A stretch of 64,000 nt of DNA from Candidatus Omnitrophota bacterium (GCA_029261055.1 JAJDCA010000003.1:3641-67640); one strand, 5' to 3'; shown: positions 17,599 to 26,975, counted from the first letter of the stretch. Notes: generated by a model not told the origin, from the letters alone. Numbers and translations are program-made.

Positions 17599-18948
17599 TC
17601 AAATTTTTGAAGCTATTAAAGTTTGATATTCTTTCTTAATAAATTCAGGTACCATTTTATCAAGATATGGCTTTTTACACCCAGCGGTTTGGAAATTTTT
17701 TTCTTCCAAAAAAGACATCATGCGGCATCCACCGCTACACATTGGGAGATAAGTGCAATCTTGCGGGCATTGTTTCCAGACGTCAAGGTTTATAAATTCA
17801 TGATGTTTTTTATTGAAGTGTTCATCTTGGATGTTGCCAACCGCAAATTCCGGATGCCCTAGCATGGAATTACATTTGTAAATGTGTCCTTTTTGATCAA
17901 TCGTTACCCCCCCCTGTTCACTTGTTAATGGGCAGGCGGTGATGGACATACCATTTTTTGTCGGAAGACCGCGGCTTTCCATAAGGTTTTGGATTTTTTT
18001 ATTATCTTTTAGGAGTTGTTTATTTTCAAAATTACAGTTACAGGCTGTATTTTGAATTTGTTCTGCCTGGCCAACAGGTCCAAGGGTGGCATGAAGTGGT
18101 GAAAATATAAAACGGCCTAATTTGTGTAGAATTTCTATTTCTTCAAAATAATTAAGTAGTCGTTCGATCGGAGCGATATTCCCTTTAGTATAACTGGTAG
18201 AAATACCGATTTTAACCATATCACTACAATTGGTGATATTTTGAATGATTTTATCAAAGCTGCCTCGGCCATTACGTAAAGGGCGGTTACGATCATGATC
18301 TTGGCCAACACCATCTACGGAAATACGTACCTGGTCCAGTCCTAATGTAAGATAATGGGCAATACACTCTGGAGTCATCAAATAACCATTAGTTTGCAAC
18401 ATAAATTTGAATCGTATGCCTTGTTTTTTGCACCAGATTTGCATTTCACTGGCAATTTGTTCAAGAATAAATTTATTTAACAGAGGTTCCCCCCCGTAAA
18501 AAATTAGATAGAGTTGTTTATAATTAAATTTCTTAATTTGTTTTTTTAGCCATGTCATGACATGGTCTGCCGTTTTGGCATCCATTTTAACATTTGCGCG
18601 AGATGTTTCTTCAAAGCAGTAAGTACATTTTAGATTGCAGGCATAGGTTGTGAGGATCGTTACGGCAAAAGAGTCTGTTTTTGATTCATGTTTTAGTTGA
18701 TTTAAAAAAAACTTTAGGTTCTGATGGTCTTCTTTTTCATTTTTTACAATCATCCCCATTTTGTGTAAGGCTGTGAGATCTTTGGAATGGCGTTCGCGTA
18801 ATGTAGGTAAAATTTTTTCAGAATTTTCGATAATTTTACGTAATTCGTGATTAATTTTGACCATCCCTTGTGTACGAATATTATAAATAAGATGATCTTG
18901 ATCGGTTGGATAATTATCGATAATAAGTGTGTTGTTAGAAAATTGCAT
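17599..18948 (-). CDS. radical SAM / SPASM-domain peptide-modifying enzyme with ~100-aa N-terminal extension (possible RRE)
   Basis: CNLKCTYC (CxxxCxxC) occurs at ~aa 104. The C-terminal Cys-rich SPASM region is CPQDCTYLPMCSGGCR. Confidence 0.9.
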   Translation of the reverse strand: MQFSNNTLIIDNYPTDQDHLIYNIRTQGMVKINHELRKIIENSEKILPTLRERHSKDLTALHKMGMIVKNEKEDHQNLKFFLNQLKHESKTDSFAVTILTTYACNLKCTYCFEETSRANVKMDAKTADHVMTWLKKQIKKFNYKQLYLIFYGGEPLLNKFILEQIASEMQIWCKKQGIRFKFMLQTNGYLMTPECIAHYLTLGLDQVRISVDGVGQDHDRNRPLRNGRGSFDKIIQNITNCSDMVKIGISTSYTKGNIAPIERLLNYFEEIEILHKLGRFIFSPLHATLGPVGQAEQIQNTACNCNFENKQLLKDNKKIQNLMESRGLPTKNGMSITACPLTSEQGGVTIDQKGHIYKCNSMLGHPEFAVGNIQDEHFNKKHHEFINLDVWKQCPQDCTYLPMCSGGCRMMSFLEEKNFQTAGCKKPYLDKMVPEFIKKEYQTLIASKI

Positions 18949-19046
18949 AAATTATGACTCAATATGGTTGCTAATTTTATGATGGTAAGTGGTGAATGCT
19001 ATGATAGCAATTACCACTTACCATCGTATAATGTATTTATAACGTT

Positions 19047-19154
19047 TTATTCAACCTCTTCAGGGGTTTGCATTGTTTCTGTCCCTGGTGGCCAACAACA
19101 ACTTAGCGCGGACATTTCTTTGAGGTCAACTGCCCCTTTTTTGATAATTTCCAT
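19047..19154 (-). CDS. 35-aa candidate RiPP precursor peptide MEIIKKGAVDLKEMSALSCCWPPGTETMQTPEEVE (not in supplied ORF track)
   Basis: A perfect ribosome-binding site AAGGAGGTG sits 6 nt before the ATG. The ORF lies 30 bp downstream of the binding-protein gene and 98 bp upstream of the rSAM/SPASM gene on the same strand. Confidence 0.5.
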   Translation of the reverse strand: MEIIKKGAVDLKEMSALSCCWPPGTETMQTPEEVE

Positions 19155-19184
19155 TAATATCACCTCCTTAATGTGTTATGAGTT

Positions 19185-20783
19185 TTATTTATGGAGAATT
19201 TGCCAGTTTTTTAATGAATGTACGGGCATGGACCAACAAAAGAAATCATCTGTATTTTTTAATTTCGCGGATACCGCATGAAAAGTTTGTGGAAAGAAAA
19301 AGAAGCAAGCTGGTTGATCCAAATAGAGTAATTTATGGATTTCTTGGTAAATCTTTGAGCGTTCATTTTTATTTTGGATTATCCTGCCAGATTCAAAAAG
19401 CATATCAATTTTGTTATTTTTATAAGGCCATAATTGTCCAAATTGGCTAGATGAGGAATACCAACTACCTAATGCATCATAAGCATCATGACCTAAACCT
19501 TCAAAAAAACGTAACCATGCTTGTGGTTTATGTGTGGTTAAAAAATTTTTGGTTAAATCCGAGTTATTTTTATAGGGAATGATTTGTACTTTCATTCCAA
19601 TTTCAGCTAATTGTTGACGAATAATAATGGCCGCTTTTTTGTAAAAATCATTACGGATATCTACGAGGAGGCGGAGTTCCAGCTTTTTTCTTCCTTTTTC
19701 AAAGACGCCATCTCCGTCTATATCTTTCCATCCTAAATGCATAAGGTTCATGCGTGCTCGTAAGGGATTGTAAGGCAGTGATCGGACATCAGAATTAAAC
19801 CCCATCGACTTGGGATGAAATGGCCCGGTGCTTTCTAGTCCTTCAACGGAAGTTGCTTGCATGAGTTGTTTTCGGTCTATGCTCATAGCAATCGCGTTAC
19901 GAATATCAGGGTTAAAGAAGGTAGAATCTTGGGTATTGTAGACCATGGCAAAATACATTTCCCAAGGAATGGTATAAGTCTTGAATGTTGGATCTTTGGC
20001 AACAATTTTATAATCTTCATGATTGAGATATAAGACAAGATCAACTTCTTGCTGCATTAAAGCGATCCAGAGTTTTTTGGCATTAGGATATGTTTTTATA
20101 ATAATCTGGTCTAAATAAGGGCGATTTTCAAAATATTTTTGATTGGCTTCAAGGGTTATTTGATTTGTTTTTTTATCCCATTTTTTAAATTTGAATGGGC
20201 CTGTCCCAATGGGAAAGTAGTTGAAGGATGCTGTGGGCAGTGCTTTATCACTCAGGAGATGTTTAGGAGCAATTTCTCTGGTGAGCTTATGCAAAATAGC
20301 CGGAAACGCCTTTTTGAGTTTTATTTTTACTGTGTAATTATCAATGATTTTCCATTGTTCGATCAATTCTGTATTGGTACGTCGAGGTGATTGGTTTTTT
20401 GAATCGGCAATCATGTCATAAGTAAATTTTATATCTTTTGTCGTTAATTCTACACCATCGTGAAATTTGACACCTTCATGCAAATAAAAAATATAAACCA
20501 ATCCGTCTTCGGAGATGTCCCAGGATTTGGCTAACCCAGGTACGACTTTTCCCTGGCTATTAATACGGACAAGAGAATCAAAGATGAGGGCCATTAACGG
20601 TGCTGAAACGCTATGTGAGGTCAGTATGGGATTAATAATGGTCGGAGGATTACTTGTTCCCCACACTAAGGTACCTCCATATTTTTTTTGTCTGATTTGG
20701 GCTAAGTCTGCTAATGCCGTGGAAGGATATGGGGCTAACATATTTGTCATAAAGATAAAGGTGATAAAAATTTTTAAAAACAT
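19185..20783 (-). CDS. ABC-type periplasmic substrate-binding protein, family 5 (oligopeptide/dipeptide/nickel type)
   Basis: SBP_bac_5 signature (KYGGTLVWG...NPIL...LV...GLAKSWDIS.DG..Y.F.L..GVKFHDG) with a signal peptide. No permease or ATPase genes are adjacent. Confidence 0.85.
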   Translation of the reverse strand: MFLKIFITFIFMTNMLAPYPSTALADLAQIRQKKYGGTLVWGTSNPPTIINPILTSHSVSAPLMALIFDSLVRINSQGKVVPGLAKSWDISEDGLVYIFYLHEGVKFHDGVELTTKDIKFTYDMIADSKNQSPRRTNTELIEQWKIIDNYTVKIKLKKAFPAILHKLTREIAPKHLLSDKALPTASFNYFPIGTGPFKFKKWDKKTNQITLEANQKYFENRPYLDQIIIKTYPNAKKLWIALMQQEVDLVLYLNHEDYKIVAKDPTFKTYTIPWEMYFAMVYNTQDSTFFNPDIRNAIAMSIDRKQLMQATSVEGLESTGPFHPKSMGFNSDVRSLPYNPLRARMNLMHLGWKDIDGDGVFEKGRKKLELRLLVDIRNDFYKKAAIIIRQQLAEIGMKVQIIPYKNNSDLTKNFLTTHKPQAWLRFFEGLGHDAYDALGSWYSSSSQFGQLWPYKNNKIDMLFESGRIIQNKNERSKIYQEIHKLLYLDQPACFFFFPQTFHAVSAKLKNTDDFFCWSMPVHSLKNWQILHK

Positions 20784-20882
20784 TGTGAGGTCTTGGCATT
20801 GACCTGAGTGATCAATACCATACATTACGAAGGGAATAAGAAAATAGGTTTATGTGTGTTTTAGCTGACTTTTTTCTACTTT

Positions 20883-22754
20883 TTAAAATTTAAGCGAAAA
20901 TCCCCCTTCAAAATAACGCTCTGGTAGAGGAAATGTTTTGTCAGACCAATATTTACTGTTGGTAATATTGTGGATGTTAACAAAGATTTCACCTTTGATA
21001 TTTTTGTAACGAGGTTGGTAATTCTGGGTTAATTTGGCATCAAAAATTGGTTTACGGTCATTGGGTTCATCGCTGGCATCAGAATCCCAACGATCGTAGT
21101 AACCATAGAGATTAAGTCCAAAGCCTTTTTTATTTTTGTAGTTTGCTCCCCATCGAAAGCTTTGCCGAGCTGTGCCGTTGCCTCTTACGACTTCATCTGT
21201 GGCTTTGTCCACCACATGATTAAATGCACTGCTGGTAAAAAAATGCCACTCTTCAGAGAGGGTATAATCTAAGGTTAAATCTACGCTTTGACGACGAAAT
21301 TTATCAAAGTTTTGACTTTGAAATAAAGAATCTTCATTGAATACAATTTTAATAGCATCTCTTATTTGGGCCAATGAATAATTTAGGTTAAGGTTTAATG
21401 CTGATAACGGGTTTGTCTCCAGGCCAATTTCATACACCATAGCTTTTTCAGCCTTTAACTCTGGATTCGGAGCGACCAAAAAAGATGGATCGTCATTAAA
21501 TAACCATAATAAAGGTGGGGCTTGGAAGGCTCGGGTAGCCTTGAAGCGAATCGAGGTCTCTCTCTCATCTTTAAACTGATAAATGGCGCCAAGGCTTGGG
21601 CTTGTTTGATCTCCAAAACGGTTGTTATTATCATAACGAATGCCTGGAATAATATCTAAATTACCTAAATTTAGTGTATAATTAGCAAATGGGGCTTCCA
21701 TGTGAATATGTTTTGGTTGAGGAATATTACGGCTAGATTTGATTTTTTGCCATTCAAAATCACTACCGACAACAAGTTTGTCTTTTTCTCGAAAAGTAAA
21801 GCGGGCTACGCCACTTAACCCATTGTAGATGTTTGAGTTGTTTGTAAGGAGCCCCCCAACAGTCTCTGTTTTTATATTTTGATTGTTATATTTTCCGGAG
21901 ATATTAAGTTGAAACTTAGGTTTATCAATTTCAAAAGACATTTTTCCGTATCGGGAATAATAAGGTTGTAGTGTGGTTGATCCTGAGGGTTTGACCCCAT
22001 CACGGACTTCAGCTCCACTATATCCGAAAGAAGCCGTTAGTTTGGCTTGGTCTCCAACAGGATAATTGAGTTTGGAAAAATATTTTTGCTCTTCTACATC
22101 GGAAATAGATCGAGTGCCAGAAGTATTCATAAAACTTCCTGAAACAAAATAACCAGCCTTACCTATTCGTCCTGCGAGATCAAGGCTATTTTTGGTTGTG
22201 CCAAATTCAGCAAACGATGAGGTGAAGTTGCCGGTGGGGATAGTATTTTCCCCTACCTCTTTTGTGATTACGTTGATGACCCCCCCTAGACTGGATCCCC
22301 AGGCACTTGAAGAAGCTCCTTTTATAACTTCAATTTGTTTGATGTTCTCTATTGGGATTTTTGTGGGGTTAGCCTGGCCTGAGAGTTGGGTGTTAAATGG
22401 GATTCCATCGACCATCACCAAGACTTGCCGTGATCGAGATCCTTGGATTGTGAGAGATGTGCTTTGACCAAATTTATTACGTACAGCAATATTGACTCCT
22501 GGAATAAGGCTTAAGACTTCCCCTAAATCGCGTCCAGGTAATTTTTCAATATCTTTTTCAGTATAAATAATGACATTTTCTGCAGCACGGTCTGCCTCAC
22601 TTTGTATACGTGTGGCGCTCACGATAATGGGCGATGTCTCTGCAGAGTGTGCGTAAGTCGAAGTAAAAATTAAGAAAGTAGATATACAGATGGTAGGCAA
22701 TAAATGAGAAAAATTAAATTTTATGTAATAGTTTTGGGGATGTTTGGGGAACAT
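20883..22754 (-). CDS. TonB-dependent outer-membrane receptor
   Basis: Signal peptide, plug domain (IVSATR...ENVIIYT..DIEKLPGRDLGEVL), a 22-strand barrel region and the C-terminal aromatic ...GGFSLKF. Confidence 0.85.
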   Translation of the reverse strand: MFPKHPQNYYIKFNFSHLLPTICISTFLIFTSTYAHSAETSPIIVSATRIQSEADRAAENVIIYTEKDIEKLPGRDLGEVLSLIPGVNIAVRNKFGQSTSLTIQGSRSRQVLVMVDGIPFNTQLSGQANPTKIPIENIKQIEVIKGASSSAWGSSLGGVINVITKEVGENTIPTGNFTSSFAEFGTTKNSLDLAGRIGKAGYFVSGSFMNTSGTRSISDVEEQKYFSKLNYPVGDQAKLTASFGYSGAEVRDGVKPSGSTTLQPYYSRYGKMSFEIDKPKFQLNISGKYNNQNIKTETVGGLLTNNSNIYNGLSGVARFTFREKDKLVVGSDFEWQKIKSSRNIPQPKHIHMEAPFANYTLNLGNLDIIPGIRYDNNNRFGDQTSPSLGAIYQFKDERETSIRFKATRAFQAPPLLWLFNDDPSFLVAPNPELKAEKAMVYEIGLETNPLSALNLNLNYSLAQIRDAIKIVFNEDSLFQSQNFDKFRRQSVDLTLDYTLSEEWHFFTSSAFNHVVDKATDEVVRGNGTARQSFRWGANYKNKKGFGLNLYGYYDRWDSDASDEPNDRKPIFDAKLTQNYQPRYKNIKGEIFVNIHNITNSKYWSDKTFPLPERYFEGGFSLKF

Positions 22755-22814
22755 TACGATCGGTACTATATCGTACTTTTTTTGATAGATCAAGGATAAT
22801 ACATAGGTTGTGTA

Positions 22815-22854
22815 TAAAAAAGGGGCCTTGATTGTTGAAAAATTTTAGGCCCCT
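22815..22854 (-). terminator. rho-independent terminator (minus strand) AGGGGCC-loop-GGCCCCT + T6
   Basis: GC stem followed by a T-run on the minus strand, downstream of the 75-aa gene. Confidence 0.5.
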
Positions 22855-22871
22855 CCCGTGGCGGGTAATTT

Positions 22872-23099
22872 TTATAACATATCTTCAATTAATGTTATTT
22901 CGGTTTTAATGGTGGGTTTTTGTCCATGGGGAATATAAGCTTTTACCTCAGCTTTTGATTTAAAAATTTCCAAAGCTTCTTTTCTTCGATTTTCTTTTAA
23001 TAAAGCAATGACTTTTTCTTTGAGACTTTTTTTGTTTAATGTCGCGATAACTCTTAAACTTTGATAATTTTCATTATTTAATACGAGTAATGCGTTCAT
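22872..23099 (-). CDS. hypothetical 75-aa protein
   Basis: An ORF with a terminator downstream. I recognise no family. Confidence 0.35.
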   Translation of the reverse strand: MNALLVLNNENYQSLRVIATLNKKSLKEKVIALLKENRRKEALEIFKSKAEVKAYIPHGQKPTIKTEITLIEDML

Positions 23100-23468
23100 T
23101 TTTAGTTTCTCCTTTGTAATATGGCGTGAAGAATAGTATCTTCAGGTATTTTGCTTCTTGCTGCGCGCATGTAATTTTTAGTTAATTAAAGCATAACATA
23201 TGGTGTGTCATAAATCAAGTGTATCTAAGTTATTTTGACATATTTTGTATTACTTATAACATTATGTAATTAAATAGTTTATGATAATTATGAAAGTAAA
23301 TAGTTATTATATTTTAAAATAATGTCATAATTATATGATTATATCATTGTTATGACATATTATGACGGTGTTATCAACTACAGAGATAATACTTAAAAAT
23401 GTAAGGACTCCTCTAAAAAATTATATTTTCTATATGTCAAAATATTAGTTTTTTTTTGTTTTTATGGC

Positions 23469-23503
23469 TTGACATGTATTCTTAGCTAGTATATAAATTA
23501 ATT
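23469..23503 (+). promoter_or_regulatory. sigma70-like promoter TTGACA-N17-TATAAA for the XRE/cupin regulator
   Basis: Consensus -35 and near-consensus -10 sit about 40 bp upstream of the 23542 start. Confidence 0.4.
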
Positions 23504-23541
23504 CTCTATATGTAATATATTAATTAAATGAGGAGAATTCC

Positions 23542-24111
23542 GTGAATCATTATGAAAAAATAAAAAAAATTCGTAAAGAGCAAAAAATGACGATAAAAGA
23601 GGTTTATCAGCGTGGTAAGTCTATTTGGGGGCAACAAAATGCACTCTCGATTAGTACGATTAATCGAATTGAAGCGGGTAAACGGCATAAATTTTCTTCT
23701 TTACACAAGCTTTGTTTTATTTTAGGTGTTGAGCTTAAGGAATTATTTAAAGATACTGAAGTTTCAGAATATTTAGTCATACCCAGAAAAGAAAGAACAT
23801 TAGGATACTCTTATAATGAAAAAGCTTTTTCTAATATTGTGAATAATCCGAATCAGAGTTTTTTGGCTCAAGAATTTACTTTAGCGCCTTCCGGTAGGAC
23901 ATCTTCTGATAATGCGACTTTAGCTGGAGAGAAATCTGAAAAATGGGTTTATGTTGTTAGAGGTGAGCTAGTGTGTGTTATTGAAGCAGAGAAGTTTTTA
24001 TTAAAAGGCCGGGATACTTTGTCATTTGATAGCACTAAGGTTCATTATTTCAAAAATGCGTCTAATAAAAAATGTATCTTTATTGTTGTTGAGAATCCGG
24101 GGCGTTATTGA
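23542..24111 (+). CDS. XRE-family HTH + cupin domain transcriptional regulator
   Basis: N-terminal HTH_3 (IKKIRKEQKMTIKEV...STINRIEAG). C-terminal cupin beta-barrel. Confidence 0.75.
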   Translation: MNHYEKIKKIRKEQKMTIKEVYQRGKSIWGQQNALSISTINRIEAGKRHKFSSLHKLCFILGVELKELFKDTEVSEYLVIPRKERTLGYSYNEKAFSNIVNNPNQSFLAQEFTLAPSGRTSSDNATLAGEKSEKWVYVVRGELVCVIEAEKFLLKGRDTLSFDSTKVHYFKNASNKKCIFIVVENPGRY

Positions 24112-24122
24112 GGTTTAAAAAA

Positions 24123-24494
24123 TCATTGTTCAGAAATTTCTTTGATTTTTTGTGTAGCCACGATGCGTAGATCATCAAAACTAAACGGTTTTGTCATGTA
24201 GTCATCAGCCCCTAATGCCGTCGCTTTCTGGCGCATCGCTTCATCCCCTTTGGCTGTTACCATAATCACCATAACTTTAGGATCAAGTTCTTTAAACTCT
24301 TTCAGAAGGTCCAAACCATCAACATCAGGCATAAGAATATCCAGAAAAATTATTTTTGGTTTTTCTTTTTTGAATACACTCAACGCCTTTTTCCCTGTCG
24401 TTGCCGTAAATACAGTAAAACCTATATACGAAAATGTTTGACTAATACTTTCACATACCCCGGCTTCATCATCTACAGCTAAAATTTTTATCAT
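24123..24494 (-). CDS. single-domain response regulator (CheY-like receiver)
   Basis: MIKILAVDDE...IIFLDILMPDVDG...TAKG...KPF. Confidence 0.85.
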   Translation of the reverse strand: MIKILAVDDEAGVCESISQTFSYIGFTVFTATTGKKALSVFKKEKPKIIFLDILMPDVDGLDLLKEFKELDPKVMVIMVTAKGDEAMRQKATALGADDYMTKPFSFDDLRIVATQKIKEISEQ

Positions 24495-24865
24495 GATTGT
24501 TCCTTTCGATTACCAGTACCCCGTGTAATAAGTTTGGTATTGACTTCTTTAGCAGAAAAAGTTTCTTTTAAGGCCTCAATCGCGCGTTCGGGGTACATTT
24601 GACCGCAGGTGAGAATGTCAAAGGCGGCGAATCCGTCTTCCGGCCAGGTGTGGATGGCAAAATGGGATTCGGCAATGAGGATGATGCCTGTAACACCAAT
24701 GGGGTCAAACTGATAGAAATAATGTTCTAGAATGGTGGCTTCACTTTTGACAGCTGCTTCTAAAAAGGCTTCTTTGACATCAGCAGCAAATTTAAGTCGT
24801 TCTTTGTCACAGTCAATGAAATCGACCAGATAATGTTTTCCGTGGTTTTTTTGTGGTTGGGTCAT
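24491..24865 (-). CDS. speH: S-adenosylmethionine decarboxylase proenzyme (SpeH-type)
   Basis: GKH...D...AESHFAIHTWPE matches the pyruvoyl-dependent AdoMetDC signature. Confidence 0.85.
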   Translation of the reverse strand: MTQPQKNHGKHYLVDFIDCDKERLKFAADVKEAFLEAAVKSEATILEHYFYQFDPIGVTGIILIAESHFAIHTWPEDGFAAFDILTCGQMYPERAIEALKETFSAKEVNTKLITRGTGNRKEQS

Positions 24866-24867
24866 GG

Positions 24868-25302
24868 TTAGACTTCCTTAACACTAAAGCCGATTTCCGC
24901 TTCAGCAACTTTTTTGTCTTTTACATAAGCCTGGATTTTGAGGAATCCTGCCTTGCTCATGAGTTTTAGGGTTGTTACGTCTATTTTTAGCTGGTCACCG
25001 GGAACCACGGGGGCAAAGAATTTGCTGGATACTTTGGCTAAATAATAAACTAAGTCTTTCCCTTGCATGTTTTTGCTGTAATAAAAATAAATACAACCGG
25101 CCTGGGCCATCGCTTCCACTATTAAAACACCAGGCATAATTTTCTCATTTGGAAAATGTCCTGTAAAAAAAGGTTCATTTACAGAAACATTTTTGATGGC
25201 CGTAAGTTTTTCATTAGGTTGTAAATCAATAACCCTATCAATGAGTAAAAATGGATAACGATGAGGAATAATTTTCTGGATTTCTTGAATATCTAATTGC
25301 AT
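24868..25302 (-). CDS. fabZ: 3-hydroxyacyl-ACP dehydratase
   Basis: IPHRYPFLLIDRV...FFTGHFP..IMPGVLIVEAMAQ hotdog motif. Confidence 0.9.
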   Translation of the reverse strand: MQLDIQEIQKIIPHRYPFLLIDRVIDLQPNEKLTAIKNVSVNEPFFTGHFPNEKIMPGVLIVEAMAQAGCIYFYYSKNMQGKDLVYYLAKVSSKFFAPVVPGDQLKIDVTTLKLMSKAGFLKIQAYVKDKKVAEAEIGFSVKEV

Positions 25303-25305
25303 GAT

Positions 25306-25902
25306 TTATCCTTTTTTATCGGTAACACTATTTAATATATATTTTCCAAGGATGTCAGTTTCAATATTGACCTGATCCCCTTCTTTTATTGTTCCGAGAG
25401 TAGTGACCTTGAGGGTAAATGGGATTAAATAGACGGAGAAATAACTTTTTTTGACTTCCCCCACTGTTAGGCTTATGCCGTCAACACATACAGAACCTTT
25501 GGGGACAAAGTAAGGAGCTGTTTTTTTATTAAGACTAAATCTTAGTTCAGTATAATTCTCAAGAGTAATTTTCTTTTTTAGGGTGGCCATGTGATCTACA
25601 TGGCCGGTGACAAAATGCCCATCAATACGGCCGTTGGCTTTAAGGGCACGTTCTAAATTAACTTTGTTTCCTAGTTTGAGTGCGCCTAAGGTTGTTTTGG
25701 TAAGGGTTTCTTTCATGATATCAAAACTTAGGATATTCTTTTTGATCTGTGTCACCGTGAGGCACACGCCGTTAATCGCAATGCTGTCACCCTTTTTTAT
25801 CCCAGCGGGGCCCGACCAGGCTAATGTATCCAAAATAGCAAGATTTTTTGTCGTCGTGAGTTTTTTAACTGTCCCTGTTTTTTCTATGATACCGGTGAAC
25901 AT
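25306..25902 (-). CDS. ribE: riboflavin synthase alpha subunit
   Basis: MFTGIIE...G at the N-terminus, followed by duplicated lumazine-binding repeats. Confidence 0.9.
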   Translation of the reverse strand: MFTGIIEKTGTVKKLTTTKNLAILDTLAWSGPAGIKKGDSIAINGVCLTVTQIKKNILSFDIMKETLTKTTLGALKLGNKVNLERALKANGRIDGHFVTGHVDHMATLKKKITLENYTELRFSLNKKTAPYFVPKGSVCVDGISLTVGEVKKSYFSVYLIPFTLKVTTLGTIKEGDQVNIETDILGKYILNSVTDKKG

Positions 25903-26975
25903 GTGATAAATATTTCCTGGTTGAGTTTTTGAATTTCGAAGTTTTTTAATTCAATCGCTTTATTAATATTAAGGGTATTCAGCCCTACTACGGAACTTAA
26001 GGCCTTTTGATCGCCAATAATTTTTGGGGCGATATAAATATGCATTTTGTCAATTAAGCGTTCTTTTAAAGCGTTGCCGATCGTGCGAGCGCCACCTTCC
26101 AATAGGATACTGGTAATTTTTTGTTTGGCAAGTTCTTTGAAGAGCTCTTTTAAGGGAATGCCTTCTCTTTTTTTGGGATAAACAATAACATGGATCCCTT
26201 TATTCTTAAGGAGTTGAATTTTTTTGGGAGAAGCTTTAGTTGTCGTGGCTACAATACAGTCAGAAAAATTGACATCCTGAAAAAGTTTGGCGTTGGGGGA
26301 AATTTGTAGTGATGAATCCAGGATGATTTTTTTTAAGTGTTTTGTTTTTTTAGCGGCATTTAATCTGGGGTTATCTTTGAGTACGGTGTTGATGCCAACA
26401 CAAATAGCATCAAACTCATTACGTAGTGCACGAGCAAATTGACGTGTTTTATGTGAGGTAATCCATTGGGAATGACCCGTGGCTGTGGCAATTTTGCCAT
26501 CTAAGGTTTGGGCACATTTTGCTGTTACAAAGGGACGCTGATATTTTATGTATTTGATGAATGCTTCATTGAGTTGTTCAGATTCTTTTTGAAGCACGCC
26601 GATTTGTGTAAGGATGCCTGCGCGACGTAATTTGGCAATAGATTTTCCATTGGTCAAAGGATTGGGGTCCTTCATTCCAATGACTACTTTTTTAATTTTA
26701 CTTTTGATAACAGCATCGACACACGGTGGGGTTTTACCCGTATGACAACATGGTTCTAAGTTTACGTAGAGGGTTGCTCCCTGAGCCTTGAGACCTGCCT
26801 CTTTAAGAGCAATGACTTCAGCATGATTGCCTCCACAACGCCGGTGCCAACCTTGGGAAATGATTTTGTTGTTTTTTACAATAACAGCGCCAACCATGGG
26901 GTTTGGGGAAGTTAGTCCTTTCCCTTTACGCGCAAGGTTGAGAACGCTTGTCATGTAGTCGATGTGTTGTAACAT
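25884..26975 (-). CDS. ribD: bifunctional riboflavin biosynthesis deaminase/reductase
   Basis: CMP/dCMP deaminase zinc motif (HAE...PCCHTGKTPPC) plus a C-terminal reductase domain. Confidence 0.9.
   Translation of the reverse strand: MLQHIDYMTSVLNLARKGKGLTSPNPMVGAVIVKNNKIISQGWHRRCGGNHAEVIALKEAGLKAQGATLYVNLEPCCHTGKTPPCVDAVIKSKIKKVVIGMKDPNPLTNGKSIAKLRRAGILTQIGVLQKESEQLNEAFIKYIKYQRPFVTAKCAQTLDGKIATATGHSQWITSHKTRQFARALRNEFDAICVGINTVLKDNPRLNAAKKTKHLKKIILDSSLQISPNAKLFQDVNFSDCIVATTTKASPKKIQLLKNKGIHVIVYPKKREGIPLKELFKELAKQKITSILLEGGARTIGNALKERLIDKMHIYIAPKIIGDQKALSSVVGLNTLNINKAIELKNFEIQKLNQEIFITCSPVS

Noticed and set aside
18964-19281. Plus-strand 105-aa ORF between the rSAM gene and the binding-protein gene, considered as a precursor peptide
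   Set aside because: It has no ribosome-binding site. It lies antisense to the strongly supported 35-aa minus-strand ORF and overlaps the 3' end of the binding-protein gene. Its composition looks like non-coding sequence.
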